DNA of 64,000 nt from Candidatus Eiseniibacteriota bacterium (GCA_963725865.1 CAVSAC010000010.1:96001-160000); one strand, 5' to 3'. Counted from the stretch's first letter, positions 1-10,603 are shown. Notes: generated by a model from the letters alone, not told the origin. Numbers and translations are program-made.

Positions 1-345
1 GTTCGAGCCCGCGCTGCGCTGCTCGATGGCGATCGCGGGCGACAGGCCCTCGATCGAATCGACGTCCGGCTTCTCCATCTGCCCGAGGAACTGGCGGGCG
101 TAGGCGGACAGCGACTCCACGTAGCGGCGCTGGCCCTCCGCGTACAGCGTGTCGAATGCGAGCGAGGACTTGCCACTCCCCGAGACGCCGGTGATGACCA
201 CCAGGCTCTGGCGCGGTAGCCGCAGCGTCAGGTTCTTCAGGTTGTGCTCGCGTGCGCCCCGGATCACGATCTCGGCGCGCCCGCGCGCGAGGGGCGGGGC
301 GAGGTCCTGCTCGAGTGGATCGGGGGTCGGGGTCCTGGGGCTCAT
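1..345 (-). CDS. uvrA: Excinuclease ABC subunit A, N-terminal part (runs off window edge)
   Basis: Manual translation from ATG at 345: [13 protein letters not shown]...[61 protein letters not shown], the canonical UvrA N-terminus. Confidence 0.97.
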   Translation of the reverse strand, partial: MSPRTPTPDPLEQDLAPPLARGRAEIVIRGAREHNLKNLTLRLPRQSLVVITGVSGSGKSSLAFDTLYAEGQRRYVESLSAYARQFLGQMEKPDVDSIEGLSPAIAIEQRSAGSN

Positions 346-361
346 CTGTGCAGCATAGCAG
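346..361 (-). promoter_or_regulatory. Extended -10 element (TGnTATGCT) 6 nt before the uvrA ATG, overlapping a CTG-N10-CAG inverted motif
   Basis: Minus strand reads cTGcTATGCTgcacagATG; no SD sequence. Confidence 0.45.
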
Positions 362-382
362 GCCGCGCCGGCTCCGCCATCC

Positions 383-1654
383 CTACTCCCAGCGCAGCGC
401 CTCGACCGGGTCGAGGCGGGCGGCCCGCACCGCCGGGTAGAGCCCGAAGAACAGGCCGACCACGACGGAGAACGAGAACGCGAGCACCACCGACCACCAC
501 GGCGTGTACGCCGGCAGACCCGAAGCCGCGCGCACGAGCTGCGCGATGCCGGCCCCCACCCCGATCCCGATCAGCCCGCCGATCCCGGTCAGGGTCGCGG
601 CCTCGATCAGGAATTGCATGAGGATCGTCAGCCGCCGCGCGCCGAGCGCCTTGCGCAGCCCGATCTCGCGCGTGCGCTCGGTGACCGCCACCAGCATGAT
701 GTTCATCACGCCGATGCCCCCCACCAGCAGCGCGATCGACGAGATCAGCAGCATCACGATGAAGGTGGCGCCGGTGAGCTGGCGGTAGAGGTCCGTGAGC
801 GCCTCCTCGGTGAAGACCGCGAAATCGTTCGGCGCATTCTGCTTCACGTGGCGCCGCTGGCGCAGCACCTCGACGATCTCGTCCACCGCCGCGCCGGCAC
901 GCTCGGAGCTCACGGGGAGCACGTTGAGGTAGTACTGACCCGACTTGGGGATGAAGAACGGCGCATCGGGCGGAGGCGGAAAGTACTTGTGCATCGTGGT
1001 GTAGGGGATCGTGATCACCTCGTCGGGGTTGAAGAACAGACTGCGCCCCTTCGGCTCCAGCTCCCCCACCACGTCGAACGGGATGCCCCCGATGTGCACG
1101 GTCTTGCCGATCGGATCGCCGCCGCTGAACAACGCCGCGCGCACGTCCCGGCCCAGCACCACCACCTGGGCATTGCGGCGCAGCTCCTCCTGCGTGAAGA
1201 ACCGTCCCAGCCACGGGTCGTACACGTTGACGACCTGGATCTCGGGATCGGCGCCGAGCACCTGCACGCCGCGGGTCGTGCGATCGCGATACTGCAGCGT
1301 GAGCGCGTCCGTGACGCCGAGCACCGACACCTCGCGCACGTCCGGGCACCGCTCGCGGATCGCCGCGGCATCCTCGGGCGTGAACGCCGCGCGGTGACGC
1401 AGGCTGTCCGGGAAGCCGCCCACGAACAGGTCGGGCTTGAGCTTCCGCACGTAGATCGTGTTCGAGCCGAAGGACGAGAACGACATCTCCACCGTGCGAT
1501 CGAAGCCCTTCACGATGCTCGCCATCGCCACCACGGTCGCGACTCCGATCACGACGCCGAGCGCCGTGAGCAACGAGCGCATGCGGTGGGCCCGCAGCGA
1601 CGTCATGGCCATGCGCGCGACCTGCGGCGTCAGGCTCCAGGCCGACGGGCTCAT
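383..1654 (-). CDS. MacB/FtsX-family ABC transporter permease (type B copy 2)
   Basis: N-terminal TM ([19 protein letters not shown]), periplasmic domain, C-terminal [21 protein letters not shown]...[17 protein letters not shown]. Confidence 0.93.
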   Translation of the reverse strand: MSPSAWSLTPQVARMAMTSLRAHRMRSLLTALGVVIGVATVVAMASIVKGFDRTVEMSFSSFGSNTIYVRKLKPDLFVGGFPDSLRHRAAFTPEDAAAIRERCPDVREVSVLGVTDALTLQYRDRTTRGVQVLGADPEIQVVNVYDPWLGRFFTQEELRRNAQVVVLGRDVRAALFSGGDPIGKTVHIGGIPFDVVGELEPKGRSLFFNPDEVITIPYTTMHKYFPPPPDAPFFIPKSGQYYLNVLPVSSERAGAAVDEIVEVLRQRRHVKQNAPNDFAVFTEEALTDLYRQLTGATFIVMLLISSIALLVGGIGVMNIMLVAVTERTREIGLRKALGARRLTILMQFLIEAATLTGIGGLIGIGVGAGIAQLVRAASGLPAYTPWWSVVLAFSFSVVVGLFFGLYPAVRAARLDPVEALRWE

Positions 1655-2865
1655 TCGAACCGCAGCGCGTCGATCGGGTCGAGGCGGGCGGCCCGAGCGG
1701 CCGGATAGGCGCCGAAGAACACCCCCACGCAGGTCGAGGAGGCGAGCCCCAGCACCACCGCCAGCGGGCTGACGTAGACGGGCAACGGGGTCGCGACTCC
1801 GATCAGCAGGGCGACCAGCGCGCCGAGCAGCACTCCCGTCGCGCCGCCGACCGCCGACAGCGTGACGGCCTCGATCAGGAACTGCGCCAGGATGTCCCGC
1901 CGGCGCGCGCCCAGCGCCTTGCGCACGCCGATCTCGCGGGTCCGCTCGGTGACCGAGACCAGCATGATGTTCATGATCACGATGCCCCCCACGAGCAGCG
2001 AGACCACCGAGACCCCGACGATGACCGCGAAGATGGCGCCCGAGAGCGTCCGCCAGAGTCCCATGTACATCTCGGGCGTGATGATCTCGAAGTCGTCGGG
2101 AGCGCCCATCGCGACGTGCCGGCGGGTCCGCAGCATCGCCCGGGCCTCGTCCTGGGCGGTCTCGAAGTGCTCCTGCCCCCGGCTGCGGACGACGATGCTC
2201 ACGCTCTGCACCCGGCCGTACGCGCGCAGGAAGCTCCCGAGCGGGACGAGCACGTACAGGTCCTGGCTCTGCCCGAACGAGGAGCCCTTGCGCACTCCGA
2301 CGCCCACGACGACCAGATGCATGTCCCCCACGCGCAGGTCACGGCCGACCGGGTCGAGCGATCCGAACAGCTGTTCCGCGAGGTCCGCGCCGACCACGCA
2401 CACCGGCGCCCGATTCTGCTGGTCGAGCAGCTCCAGCGGGCGTCCGTGGGCGACCGGCAGGTCCTCGACCAGCATGTAGCCGGCGCCGAGGCCGCGGACC
2501 GGCACGCGCTGCAGCGAACGGTTGCCCCGCCGCGCGCGCGCGAGCGTGGACAGTTCCGCGACCGCGGCTTCGACATGCGGGGCGCGCGCCACCGCCTCGG
2601 CGTCCGCCGGGGTCAGGTCCCGGCGGCGGGCCTGCTCGCGGATGCGGTTGAGGTCGAACTCGATCCCCACCTTGTCGATGGTGAAGACGTTCGAGCCCGC
2701 CTTCAGGAGCTGGCTCGACACGTAGCCATCGAGCCCCTGGACGAGGGACATCACGGCGATCACGGACGAGACGCCGATGACGACGCCGACCAGCGTCAGC
2801 GCGGACCGGAGCCGATTCGCTTTCAGGGCATCGAGGGCGATCCCCACGCTCTCGCGGGCGTTCAT
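1651..2865 (-). CDS. MacB/FtsX-family ABC transporter permease (type A copy 2)
   Basis: [51 protein letters not shown]. Confidence 0.93.
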   Translation of the reverse strand: MNARESVGIALDALKANRLRSALTLVGVVIGVSSVIAVMSLVQGLDGYVSSQLLKAGSNVFTIDKVGIEFDLNRIREQARRRDLTPADAEAVARAPHVEAAVAELSTLARARRGNRSLQRVPVRGLGAGYMLVEDLPVAHGRPLELLDQQNRAPVCVVGADLAEQLFGSLDPVGRDLRVGDMHLVVVGVGVRKGSSFGQSQDLYVLVPLGSFLRAYGRVQSVSIVVRSRGQEHFETAQDEARAMLRTRRHVAMGAPDDFEIITPEMYMGLWRTLSGAIFAVIVGVSVVSLLVGGIVIMNIMLVSVTERTREIGVRKALGARRRDILAQFLIEAVTLSAVGGATGVLLGALVALLIGVATPLPVYVSPLAVVLGLASSTCVGVFFGAYPAARAARLDPIDALRFE

Positions 2866-2871
2866 CGCGAG

Positions 2872-4140
2872 CTACTCGTAGCGCAACGAGTCCACCGGGT
2901 CGAGTCGCGACGCTCGCATCGCGGGGTAGAGTCCAAAGAACACGCCCACGACCGCGGAGAACAACAGGCCGAGGATCACCGACCACGGCGACACGAACGT
3001 GGGGAATGCCGTGGCCGCCCGCACGGCGGCGGAGATGCTCCAGCCGAGCAGGATGCCCAGCGCGCCCCCGCCGGCGGTCAGCAGCACCGCCTCGATCAGG
3101 AACTGGGTGAGGATCGCGCGCCGCGGCGCTCCCAGCGCCTTGCGCACCCCGATCTCGCGGGTCCGCTCCGTGACGGCCACCAGCATGATGTTCATCACGC
3201 CGATGCCGCCCACCAGCAGCGCGATCGACGAGATCAACGTCATCACCGCGACGATGCTGCCGGTGAGCTGCTGGTACAACGACAGGAACACGTCGTCCGT
3301 GAATACCGCGAAATTGTTGCCCTTGTTGCTCGGCAGGCTGCGGCGGATCCGCAGCGCGTCGATGATCTCCGTCTGGGCCTGCGCGCTGAGGTCGGGCGAC
3401 TGCGCGATGGCGTCGAGGAACAGCTCGCCGCGCTTGGGAAACCACGGCGGGGCGTCGTTGGGCGCCGGGAAGTACTTGTCGATCGTCGTGTAGGGGATCA
3501 CGCACAGCTCATCGAGGTTCTGACCCAGCAGCTTGCCCTTGCCGCCGAACTCCCCGATCACCGTGAACGGGATGTCACCGATGTGGACCGTGCACCCGAG
3601 CGGGTCGGAGTTCGCGAACAGCGTCTCGCGGGTGTCCTTGCCGAGCACGCAGAGGTTCGCGCGCCGATCGACTTCCTCGCCGGTGAAGAACCGTCCGTGC
3701 GCGAGGTCGTATCCATTCGTGACCACGTAGTCCTGATTGGTGCCGAAGACCTGCGTGAAGCGGGTCTTCTTCTCGCGATACCCAATGCGCAGGTTCTGCC
3801 ACGGCCACTTCAGGGGCGAGATCGCCTTCACGGACGGCGAGCGCGCGAGGATGAACCGCCCGTCGTCCATCGAGAACGCGCGGCGCTGCCGGAGGCTGTC
3901 GGGGATGTCGTCGTTGAAGCGCACGCCCGGACGGATGCGCCGGATGTAGATCGTGTTGTTGCCGAGGGACTGGATGCTCTGCTGGACCGACCGCTGCAGC
4001 CCGTTCACCAGGGCCACCATGCCGATCAGTGTGGCCACCCCGATGACGATACCGAGCAGCGCGAGCATCGACCGCAACCGGTTGGCGACCAGCGCGCCCG
4101 CCGCCATGCGGGCGGTCTCGCCCAGCATCCGCAGGTCCAT
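2872..4140 (-). CDS. MacB/FtsX-family ABC transporter permease (type B copy 1)
   Basis: [44 protein letters not shown]. Confidence 0.93.
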   Translation of the reverse strand: MDLRMLGETARMAAGALVANRLRSMLALLGIVIGVATLIGMVALVNGLQRSVQQSIQSLGNNTIYIRRIRPGVRFNDDIPDSLRQRRAFSMDDGRFILARSPSVKAISPLKWPWQNLRIGYREKKTRFTQVFGTNQDYVVTNGYDLAHGRFFTGEEVDRRANLCVLGKDTRETLFANSDPLGCTVHIGDIPFTVIGEFGGKGKLLGQNLDELCVIPYTTIDKYFPAPNDAPPWFPKRGELFLDAIAQSPDLSAQAQTEIIDALRIRRSLPSNKGNNFAVFTDDVFLSLYQQLTGSIVAVMTLISSIALLVGGIGVMNIMLVAVTERTREIGVRKALGAPRRAILTQFLIEAVLLTAGGGALGILLGWSISAAVRAATAFPTFVSPWSVILGLLFSAVVGVFFGLYPAMRASRLDPVDSLRYE

Positions 4141-4143
4141 GCC

Positions 4144-5361
4144 CTACTCGTAGCGAAGCGCCTCGATCGGATCGAGGCGCGCGGCACGGGTGGCGGGATA
4201 CGAGCCGAAGAAGATCCCGATGAGGGTGGACATGAGGATTCCGAGGATCACCGCCGGCAGCGAGAACGCCGTTGGCAGCGGCGTGAGCAGCCCGACGAGA
4301 CCCGCGACGCTGAGTCCACCGAGGATCCCGATCGCACCACCGCTCAGCGACAGGGTGGTGGACTCCACCAGGAACTGCGTGAGGATGTCGCGGCGGCGCG
4401 CGCCGAGCGCCTTGCGAACGCCGATCTCGCGGGTCCGCTCGGTGACCGAGACCAGCATGATGTTCATGATCACGATGCCGCCCACCACGAGCGAGATCGC
4501 CGCGACGCCGATCGTGAGCTTGAACACGTTGCCGGTGATGCTGTGGAACAGCTCCAGCAGGGTCTCCGAGGTCGTGATGCCGAAGTCGTCGGGCCGCCCG
4601 GGGCGCAGGTGGTGCCGGCCCCGCATCACGGTGCGGACCTCCTGCTGCGCGAGCGGCAGCGAGGCCTCGTCGATGCTCTTCACGGCGACTGTGAACGAGC
4701 CCCGTTCCTGCTTGTACTTCTGGAAGGTCCGGATCGGAATCGTCACGAAGCGATCCTGGCTCTGCCCCAGCAGCTTGCCCTTCGCGCTCGTCACGCCCAC
4801 CACCTGGTAGGTCTCCTGCCCGACCCGCACGAATTTGCCGATCGGATCCATGCCCGGGAACAGGTCGTCGACGACCTCGGGACCGATCACGCACACCATC
4901 CCGCGGTGTTCGTCGTCGAAATCCGTGAGGTGGCGGCCATTCGCCAGCCCGAGGTCCTCCACGAGCTCGTAGCCGGGCCCGCGGCCGCGGACCTCCATGC
5001 CCCGCATCTCGCGGTTCCGGTAGTGGACCGTCTCCTGGGTGCCACTCATCGCCACCGCCATGGCGACGTGAGGCAGCGACCCCCGGAGGGCGTCGGCGTC
5101 GTCGAGCGTGAAGTCCGGCCGCTGGAGCGCGGCTTCCCACGCATCCTGACTGGTGATCACGCCGTACCGGTCCACGTAGAAGACGTTCGCCCCGACGTTG
5201 AGGATCTTGTTGCTCACGTACCGATTGAGCCCCTCGACGATGGACACGACGGCGATCACCGACATGACGCCGATGATGGTGCCGAGCAGCGTCAGGAAGG
5301 AGCGCATCTTGTTCGCGCGCAGCGCTCCCAAAGCGATGCCCGCACTTTCGCGCAGATTCAT
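4144..5361 (-). CDS. MacB/FtsX-family ABC transporter permease (type A copy 1)
   Basis: [52 protein letters not shown] upstream. Confidence 0.93.
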   Translation of the reverse strand: MNLRESAGIALGALRANKMRSFLTLLGTIIGVMSVIAVVSIVEGLNRYVSNKILNVGANVFYVDRYGVITSQDAWEAALQRPDFTLDDADALRGSLPHVAMAVAMSGTQETVHYRNREMRGMEVRGRGPGYELVEDLGLANGRHLTDFDDEHRGMVCVIGPEVVDDLFPGMDPIGKFVRVGQETYQVVGVTSAKGKLLGQSQDRFVTIPIRTFQKYKQERGSFTVAVKSIDEASLPLAQQEVRTVMRGRHHLRPGRPDDFGITTSETLLELFHSITGNVFKLTIGVAAISLVVGGIVIMNIMLVSVTERTREIGVRKALGARRRDILTQFLVESTTLSLSGGAIGILGGLSVAGLVGLLTPLPTAFSLPAVILGILMSTLIGIFFGSYPATRAARLDPIEALRYE

Positions 5362-5381
5362 GACCCCTCCTCAGCAGTCCG

Positions 5382-6101
5382 TCAGGACGCGGCCGGCGAC
5401 GGGGACGACTCGCTGACGGGCGCGTCGCTCTCGATCTTGCCGTCCCGCATGCGCACGATCCGGTGCGCGTGCTTCGCGATGTCGTGCTCGTGGGTCACCA
5501 GGATGACCGTGTTGCCGGCAGCGTGGATGCGCGCGAAAGCGGCCATGATGTCCTCGCCCGTCACCGTATCGAGGTTCCCGGTCGGCTCGTCGGCGAGGAT
5601 GATGCTGGGGCGATTCACGAGCGCCCGCGCGATCGCCACGCGCTGCCGCTGGCCACCCGAGAGCTCGTTCGGCTTGTGCTTCATGCGGTCGGTCAGCCCG
5701 ACCAGTTCCAGCGCCTCCTTGGCGCGGCGGCGGCGCTCCTCGTGCTTGATGCCGGCGTACACGAGCGGCAGCTCGACGTTGTGCAGCGCGTCGGCGCGGG
5801 CGAGCAGGTTGAACGTCTGGAAGACGAACCCGATCTCCTGGTTCCGGATGCGGGCGAGCTCGTCGTCGGACAGGGTGCCGATCTCGACCGACTTGAGCTT
5901 GTACGAACCCCGCGACGGCGTGTCGAGGCAGCCGACGATGTTCATGAGGGTCGACTTCCCGGAGCCGGAGGGCCCCATGATCGCCACGTACTCGCCCTTG
6001 TCGATCTCCAGGTCCACGCCGTTCAGCGCGTGCACCTGCTCCGTGCCGACCTGATAGACCCGATGCAGATCGCGGATGCCGATGAGGTCCGATGCGCTCA
6101 C
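5382..6101 (-). CDS. ABC transporter ATP-binding protein (MacB/LolD type)
   Basis: Walker [15 protein letters not shown] signature, Walker [15 protein letters not shown] switch. Confidence 0.95.
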   Translation of the reverse strand: MSASDLIGIRDLHRVYQVGTEQVHALNGVDLEIDKGEYVAIMGPSGSGKSTLMNIVGCLDTPSRGSYKLKSVEIGTLSDDELARIRNQEIGFVFQTFNLLARADALHNVELPLVYAGIKHEERRRRAKEALELVGLTDRMKHKPNELSGGQRQRVAIARALVNRPSIILADEPTGNLDTVTGEDIMAAFARIHAAGNTVILVTHEHDIAKHAHRIVRMRDGKIESDAPVSESSPSPAAS

Positions 6102-7384
6102 TTCTTCCCCTTCGCGGTCCCGGTCTCCTTCTTCACCTTCTGTTCGGGCTTCAGCTCGCGGAGCGCCTTGTAGGGTCCGGAGACCACCACGTCGCCGTCC
6201 TTGAGCTCGCCAAACACTTCGATCATGGTCTCGCTCGCGATCCCGGTCCGCACGGGCACGAACTTCGCCACGCCGCTGCGGGACACGAACACGCCGGTGA
6301 TCTCCTTCTCGCGTCGGCCGACCGTGTCCTCGTCCGCGGCGAGCGCGTCGCCCGCCTTCGGCCGCCGCGCGGCGGCCTTCCCCTTCTTCGTGGCGCTCTC
6401 GAGTTCGCGCTCGGTTCGCACGACCACCGCCTGGATGGGGATCGCGCGGGTCTTCGCGTGGGTCGCCGTCTCGATCTCGACGTCGGCGGTCATCCCGGGG
6501 CGCACCTCCGGGACGTCGTGGTCGAAGACCACCTTGACCTCGAAGTTGGTCTGCCCCTCGGTCCCGGTGAGCGAGCGCTTCGCCGTGTTCCCGATCTCGG
6601 TCACGGATCCCGCGAACGACGTATCCGGGAGCGCATCGACGGTGATCTTCGCCTTCTGGCCGAGCCGCACGTCCACGACGTCCGTCTCGTCGACGTCCGC
6701 CCGCACGAGCATCCGCGAGAGGTCGGAGACGGTGAGGATCTGCGTGCCGGGGTTGTTCATCGTGCCAGTGATCACGATCTCACCCTGTTCCACGTTCAGC
6801 TCGCTCACGACGCCGTCGAACGGCGCCAGGAAGCGGCACTTCGAGACGTTGTCGATCGCCCCGTCGAGCGCCGCGCGCGCGCGCGCGACCTCCTCGGTCG
6901 TGGTCGCCCCTGCACTGCGCGCCGCCTCGTGGGCGGTGGTGGCCTGGTCCCACTCGGCCTCCGACAGCAGCTTCTGCTCGAACAGCGTCCGCTGCCGGCC
7001 GAAATTGGAATCTGCCACCTTCAGCGCCGCCTGCGCCTCGCGCTGCCGCGCCTGCGCCGACGCCAGCGCCGCGCGCGCCTGATCCTGCTGCGCGCGATAC
7101 TGGGTGTCGTCGAGCTGCAGCATGAGCTGCCCGCGCCGCACGCGGTCGCCTTCCTGGACGACCAGCTTCAGCACCTTGCCGGGGATGTCGGCGCTCACTT
7201 TCACCTGCGTGCGCGGCTCGATCTTCCCGGGAGCGCGCACCCGCGCGACCACGTCCTCGGTCCGCACTCGCGCGAACTGGACCGAGACGGCGCGGCCCTG
7301 CGACTGGCGCATCGCGCTCACCCCGATGAGCAGCGCCACCACGACCACCGCGAGTCCGATCCAGATCCACTTCTTGCTCTTCAT
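6098..7384 (-). CDS. Efflux periplasmic adaptor (membrane fusion protein, MacA-like)
   Basis: N-terminal anchor, lipoyl halves ([20 protein letters not shown]), coiled-coil hairpin, RPGMTA motif. Confidence 0.92.
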   Translation of the reverse strand: MKSKKWIWIGLAVVVVALLIGVSAMRQSQGRAVSVQFARVRTEDVVARVRAPGKIEPRTQVKVSADIPGKVLKLVVQEGDRVRRGQLMLQLDDTQYRAQQDQARAALASAQARQREAQAALKVADSNFGRQRTLFEQKLLSEAEWDQATTAHEAARSAGATTTEEVARARAALDGAIDNVSKCRFLAPFDGVVSELNVEQGEIVITGTMNNPGTQILTVSDLSRMLVRADVDETDVVDVRLGQKAKITVDALPDTSFAGSVTEIGNTAKRSLTGTEGQTNFEVKVVFDHDVPEVRPGMTADVEIETATHAKTRAIPIQAVVVRTERELESATKKGKAAARRPKAGDALAADEDTVGRREKEITGVFVSRSGVAKFVPVRTGIASETMIEVFGELKDGDVVVSGPYKALRELKPEQKVKKETGTAKGKK

Positions 7385-7416
7385 CTATCCCTCCGGCTCG
7401 GAGTGGGGGAACCAGG

Positions 7417-8811
7417 TCACCGCGCCCCGCCGCCGCGCACCTGCTCCAGCTGCGCCTCGGCCACACGGATGCCCGCCAGGGCCGTGACCCCCTCGTTCTG
7501 GGCCCGCTGGAGCTGGACCTGCGCATCGATGAGGTCGAGGATCGTCGACGAACCGACGTTGTACTTCTGCTGCGTCAGCTTGAGGTTCTCGGTGGCCGAC
7601 TCGATCGCGCGACGCGCCACGCGGTCGCTCTCGATCGCCAGCCGGTAGTCGAGGATCGCCCGGTGGACTTCACTGGTCAGATTCCGCCGCAGCGCATCCC
7701 GCGCCTCGCGATTCCGCATCACGAGGGCGCGCGAGCTGGCGATGCGCCCCTCGGTCGCGAATCCGTTGAACAGGTCGAGGTTGAGGGAGATGGAAGCGCT
7801 GTAGTCGATGTCGGCTTCGCTGCGGCCCGAGCGGTCGACCGGCACCGGGTAGTCGTGGACCGCGCCCAGCGAGTCGATGAACTGGTACTGCGTCTGCCTG
7901 CTGTTCGAGCGAGGCTGAAACGTCGCCCCGCCGTTCACCGACACGTACGGCAGGCGACGGAAGTTCGCGGCCCGCAGGGACGCCTCAGCGGAACGCAGAT
8001 CCTCTTCCGCCGCCAACAGGTCGGGCCGATTGCGGGCGGCTTCGGCGAGCACGGCGCTCTCGTCGTAGTCTCGCGGTTCCGCGGTCAGCACCGTGTCCAC
8101 CTCGCCCAGCTCGGACTCGCCCACGCCCAATTGCGCGGCGAGCAGCACGCGCTGCGCCACCACCGCCTGCGCCGAGGTGAGCGAATCCAGCTCGCTCTGC
8201 GCGGTCTGCACCTGCGACTTGAGCAGGTCGCTCCGGGACACCGAGCCGACTTCGAACAGCGCTCGCACGCGGCGCTCGTTGTCACGCGACAGGTGCAGCG
8301 CACTGGTCGACACGTCCGCCAGGCGCACCGCCGTCACGACCCTGTAGAACTGGCGCCGCGTCTCGAGCACGACGCCGTTCGCGGCCGCCGTACGGCTGTG
8401 CTGCGCCGCCTTCATCCCCATCTGGGCCGCCCGCAGCCCGGCGATCGACGACAGGTTCAGCACCGACCACTGACCGTTCAGCGACGGGCTGGTCGAGTAG
8501 CTCTCGCGGTCGCTGCGTACGGTCGGGAAGCTCTGCGAGCCGAAGAAGGTGACGCCCTCCGCCTTCTTCTCCCACGAGCCGCTGCGCGACAGCCCGGCGG
8601 ACACGGACGGCAGCACGCCCGCGTAGGACGAATACACCCCGCCGCGCGCATCGAGCACGCCCGCTTCGGCATTGATCATCTGCGTGCTGCGCTGCAGCGC
8701 CATCTGCACGGCGCGATCCACCGACAGCATCTCGGCGGACACGGCCGTGGGCGCCAGCGCGACGGCCACCGCGATCGAGAGGTACGCGAGGGTCCGCTCC
8801 GTCATCCGCAT
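7417..8811 (-). CDS. TolC-family outer membrane efflux protein
   Basis: Signal peptide ending AVSA-E; two OEP repeats (LFEVGSVSRSDLLKSQ, KYNVGSSTILDLIDAQ); adjacent to MFP and ABC genes. Confidence 0.9.
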   Translation of the reverse strand: MRMTERTLAYLSIAVAVALAPTAVSAEMLSVDRAVQMALQRSTQMINAEAGVLDARGGVYSSYAGVLPSVSAGLSRSGSWEKKAEGVTFFGSQSFPTVRSDRESYSTSPSLNGQWSVLNLSSIAGLRAAQMGMKAAQHSRTAAANGVVLETRRQFYRVVTAVRLADVSTSALHLSRDNERRVRALFEVGSVSRSDLLKSQVQTAQSELDSLTSAQAVVAQRVLLAAQLGVGESELGEVDTVLTAEPRDYDESAVLAEAARNRPDLLAAEEDLRSAEASLRAANFRRLPYVSVNGGATFQPRSNSRQTQYQFIDSLGAVHDYPVPVDRSGRSEADIDYSASISLNLDLFNGFATEGRIASSRALVMRNREARDALRRNLTSEVHRAILDYRLAIESDRVARRAIESATENLKLTQQKYNVGSSTILDLIDAQVQLQRAQNEGVTALAGIRVAEAQLEQVRGGGAR

Positions 8812-8862
8812 GCAACTCCTCCGGGTTCTTGAGTCCGGGCGGTCCGCCGGACGTGGGTTTCC

Positions 8863-8888
8863 TACGTTCGATCGTCTGAAAGGTTGCG
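8863..8888 (-). promoter_or_regulatory. Putative ECF-sigma promoter upstream of the tolC-like gene
   Basis: Minus strand CGCAAC-N16-CGTA in an AT-richer intergenic patch; resembles AAC-N16-CGT ECF consensus. Confidence 0.45.
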
Positions 8889-8896
8889 CGCCGTCA

Positions 8897-9655
8897 CTAT
8901 GCCGGCGTGTTCAGCGCCCCGACGACGGCCTGGACCATCATCAGCACCAGGAACAAACTGCCCAGGACCCACGCCACCGACCTGCGCGCCGCCCCAGTGA
9001 GGGCCACGACGCCCAGCACCGTGACGACCAGCGGCCAGAGCGACAGCGGGCCCAGTGAGTCCAGGAAGGCGGCGAGCCCGTGCATCAGCTTCGAAGGGGT
9101 CTCCGGTTCGGGCAGGAGCGCCCCGAAGCCCACGTGCACGCCGCGGAGCGACTCCTTCATCCAGGCCAGCGCCCCCACCGCCAGGAGCGAAGGCAGCGAA
9201 GTCAGCCACGACCACGCCGTCACCTCGAGCGCCATCCGAAAGCGAAAGCGAACCCCGATGATGAAGCTCACACAGAACTGGATCAGCGCGGCCGCAACGA
9301 GCAGCAGGACCAGCATGGTCAGCATCTGGAACACGACGCCGATTCCGATGCCCAGCGGCGACAGCATCATGCGCTGCGCCGCCTCCAGGCTCTCCGGCGG
9401 CATCTGCCCGCTGGCGACCTGTGCTTCCATGTTCTCGATCGACATGGGTGCGATCGCTCGCGGGAACATCACCGCGGTCCATGCTCCCGAGCACACGAGC
9501 ATCACCACGGTGGGGAACCACCACTGCGACCTCGCCTCGAGTCCCGACCACGCCTGCGAGGGACGCACGAAGATCGCGACCGCGCGCTGGAGGTAGGGCA
9601 TCGTGGGCGCGGACGAGGGAGCCGGCGTCTCGACGGAGGGATCGGTCTCGCTCAC
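8897..9655 (-). CDS. Yip1-family membrane protein
   Basis: GTG start after AGGAG; AIFVRPSQAW motif then about 5 hydrophobic helices; typical neighbour of MFP/ABC exporters. Confidence 0.75.
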   Translation of the reverse strand: MSETDPSVETPAPSSAPTMPYLQRAVAIFVRPSQAWSGLEARSQWWFPTVVMLVCSGAWTAVMFPRAIAPMSIENMEAQVASGQMPPESLEAAQRMMLSPLGIGIGVVFQMLTMLVLLLVAAALIQFCVSFIIGVRFRFRMALEVTAWSWLTSLPSLLAVGALAWMKESLRGVHVGFGALLPEPETPSKLMHGLAAFLDSLGPLSLWPLVVTVLGVVALTGAARRSVAWVLGSLFLVLMMVQAVVGALNTPA

Positions 9656-9719
9656 GGACGTGCTCCTGAGGGGGGACGGACGAGGGGATGACCATGGCCG
9701 CACACAGTCTGGACGAGCG

Positions 9720-9748
9720 AGCCTAGGCGGGGTGTCGCGGGGGGTCAA
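9720..9748 (-). promoter_or_regulatory. sigma70-like promoter for the Yip1/export operon
   Basis: TTGACC-N17-TAGGCT. Confidence 0.55.
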
Positions 9749-9805
9749 CCGGGGGGGTACCGGCGCGGCAAAACCGCCCCCCCGACGGGGACGCGGACCG
9801 GCACA

Positions 9806-9834
9806 CGAAAGGCCGGGACGACCACGCCCCGGCC
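9806..9834 (-). terminator. Putative intrinsic terminator after tonB
   Basis: GGCCGGGGCG-tggt-CGTCCCGGCC hairpin followed by a short TTTC tract. Confidence 0.55.
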
Positions 9835-9853
9835 TCGCGTGAACCACGTTCCG

Positions 9854-10603
9854 TCAATGCAGGTTGAAGCGCACCGGGATGGCGACCCAGACCGCGACCG
9901 GCTTGTTGTTCGAGAGCGCCGGCTTGAAGACCCACTGCCGTACCGCGGTGACTGCCGCGGCATCGAGCATCGGGACGGACTTCGTCACCTTCGTGTCCTT
10001 CACCTTGCCGTCCTTGCCGACCAGCGCCTGCACCGTCACGACGCCGTCCACCCCCGCCTCGCGGGCGATGTCGGGATACAGCGGACCCACCTTCGTGATC
10101 GCCTCCGGCATCTCCTCGAAGTAGACGTACTCGCCGAGCTTCGGCATCTCGTCTTCGGACGGCGGCTGGACCACGATCTGATTGTCCCCGTTGTCGGAGG
10201 TCGGCGCGCTCTGCGTCTGCGCCGAGATCTCCTCCTGCGAGGCGATGGTCTGCTCGGGCGGGGCTTCCGCGTCCGGCACCGGCACGGCCACGCCGACCGT
10301 CGGCGGCGCCACCGGGGTGGTGATCGCCACCTGCGGCGGTGGGGCGTCGTTGCTGAGCGGCGGCGGGGCGGCGATCTCACGGTACGGGACCACGATCACG
10401 CTCGTCTCCTTGGGAGCCTGCTTCACGAGCAGCAGCGTCCCGAAGCCGAGCAGCGAGATCACGATGTATCCACCGGTCGCCACCATCACCGCGCGGAACA
10501 TGTACTTCCGCGCGACCTCCCGCAGTTCGGGCGCCCCGTAGGGCATGAACTCGAAGAGCGAGACTTCCGGATCATGCTTGAGAGAGGTCGTGTTCTCGGT
10601 CAC
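9854..10603 (-). CDS. tonB: Energy transducer TonB
   Basis: GTG start overlapping exbD stop; TM helix, Pro-rich linker, C-terminal YPDIAREAGVDGVV...WVFKPA...IPVRFNL domain. Confidence 0.9.
   Translation of the reverse strand: MTENTTSLKHDPEVSLFEFMPYGAPELREVARKYMFRAVMVATGGYIVISLLGFGTLLLVKQAPKETSVIVVPYREIAAPPPLSNDAPPPQVAITTPVAPPTVGVAVPVPDAEAPPEQTIASQEEISAQTQSAPTSDNGDNQIVVQPPSEDEMPKLGEYVYFEEMPEAITKVGPLYPDIAREAGVDGVVTVQALVGKDGKVKDTKVTKSVPMLDAAAVTAVRQWVFKPALSNNKPVAVWVAIPVRFNLH

Noticed and set aside
640..4500. Near-identical DNA stretches recurring about every 1.25 kb
   Set aside because: They encode the conserved [14 protein letters not shown] motif of four paralogous permeases, not a repeat element or CRISPR
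2116..6054. 1312-aa plus-strand ORF and similar long antisense ORFs (e.g. 40547-43627, 57675-60734, 38536-40890)
   Set aside because: Shadow frames of well-supported minus-strand genes; stop codons are rare at this GC and the translations have no recognisable motifs
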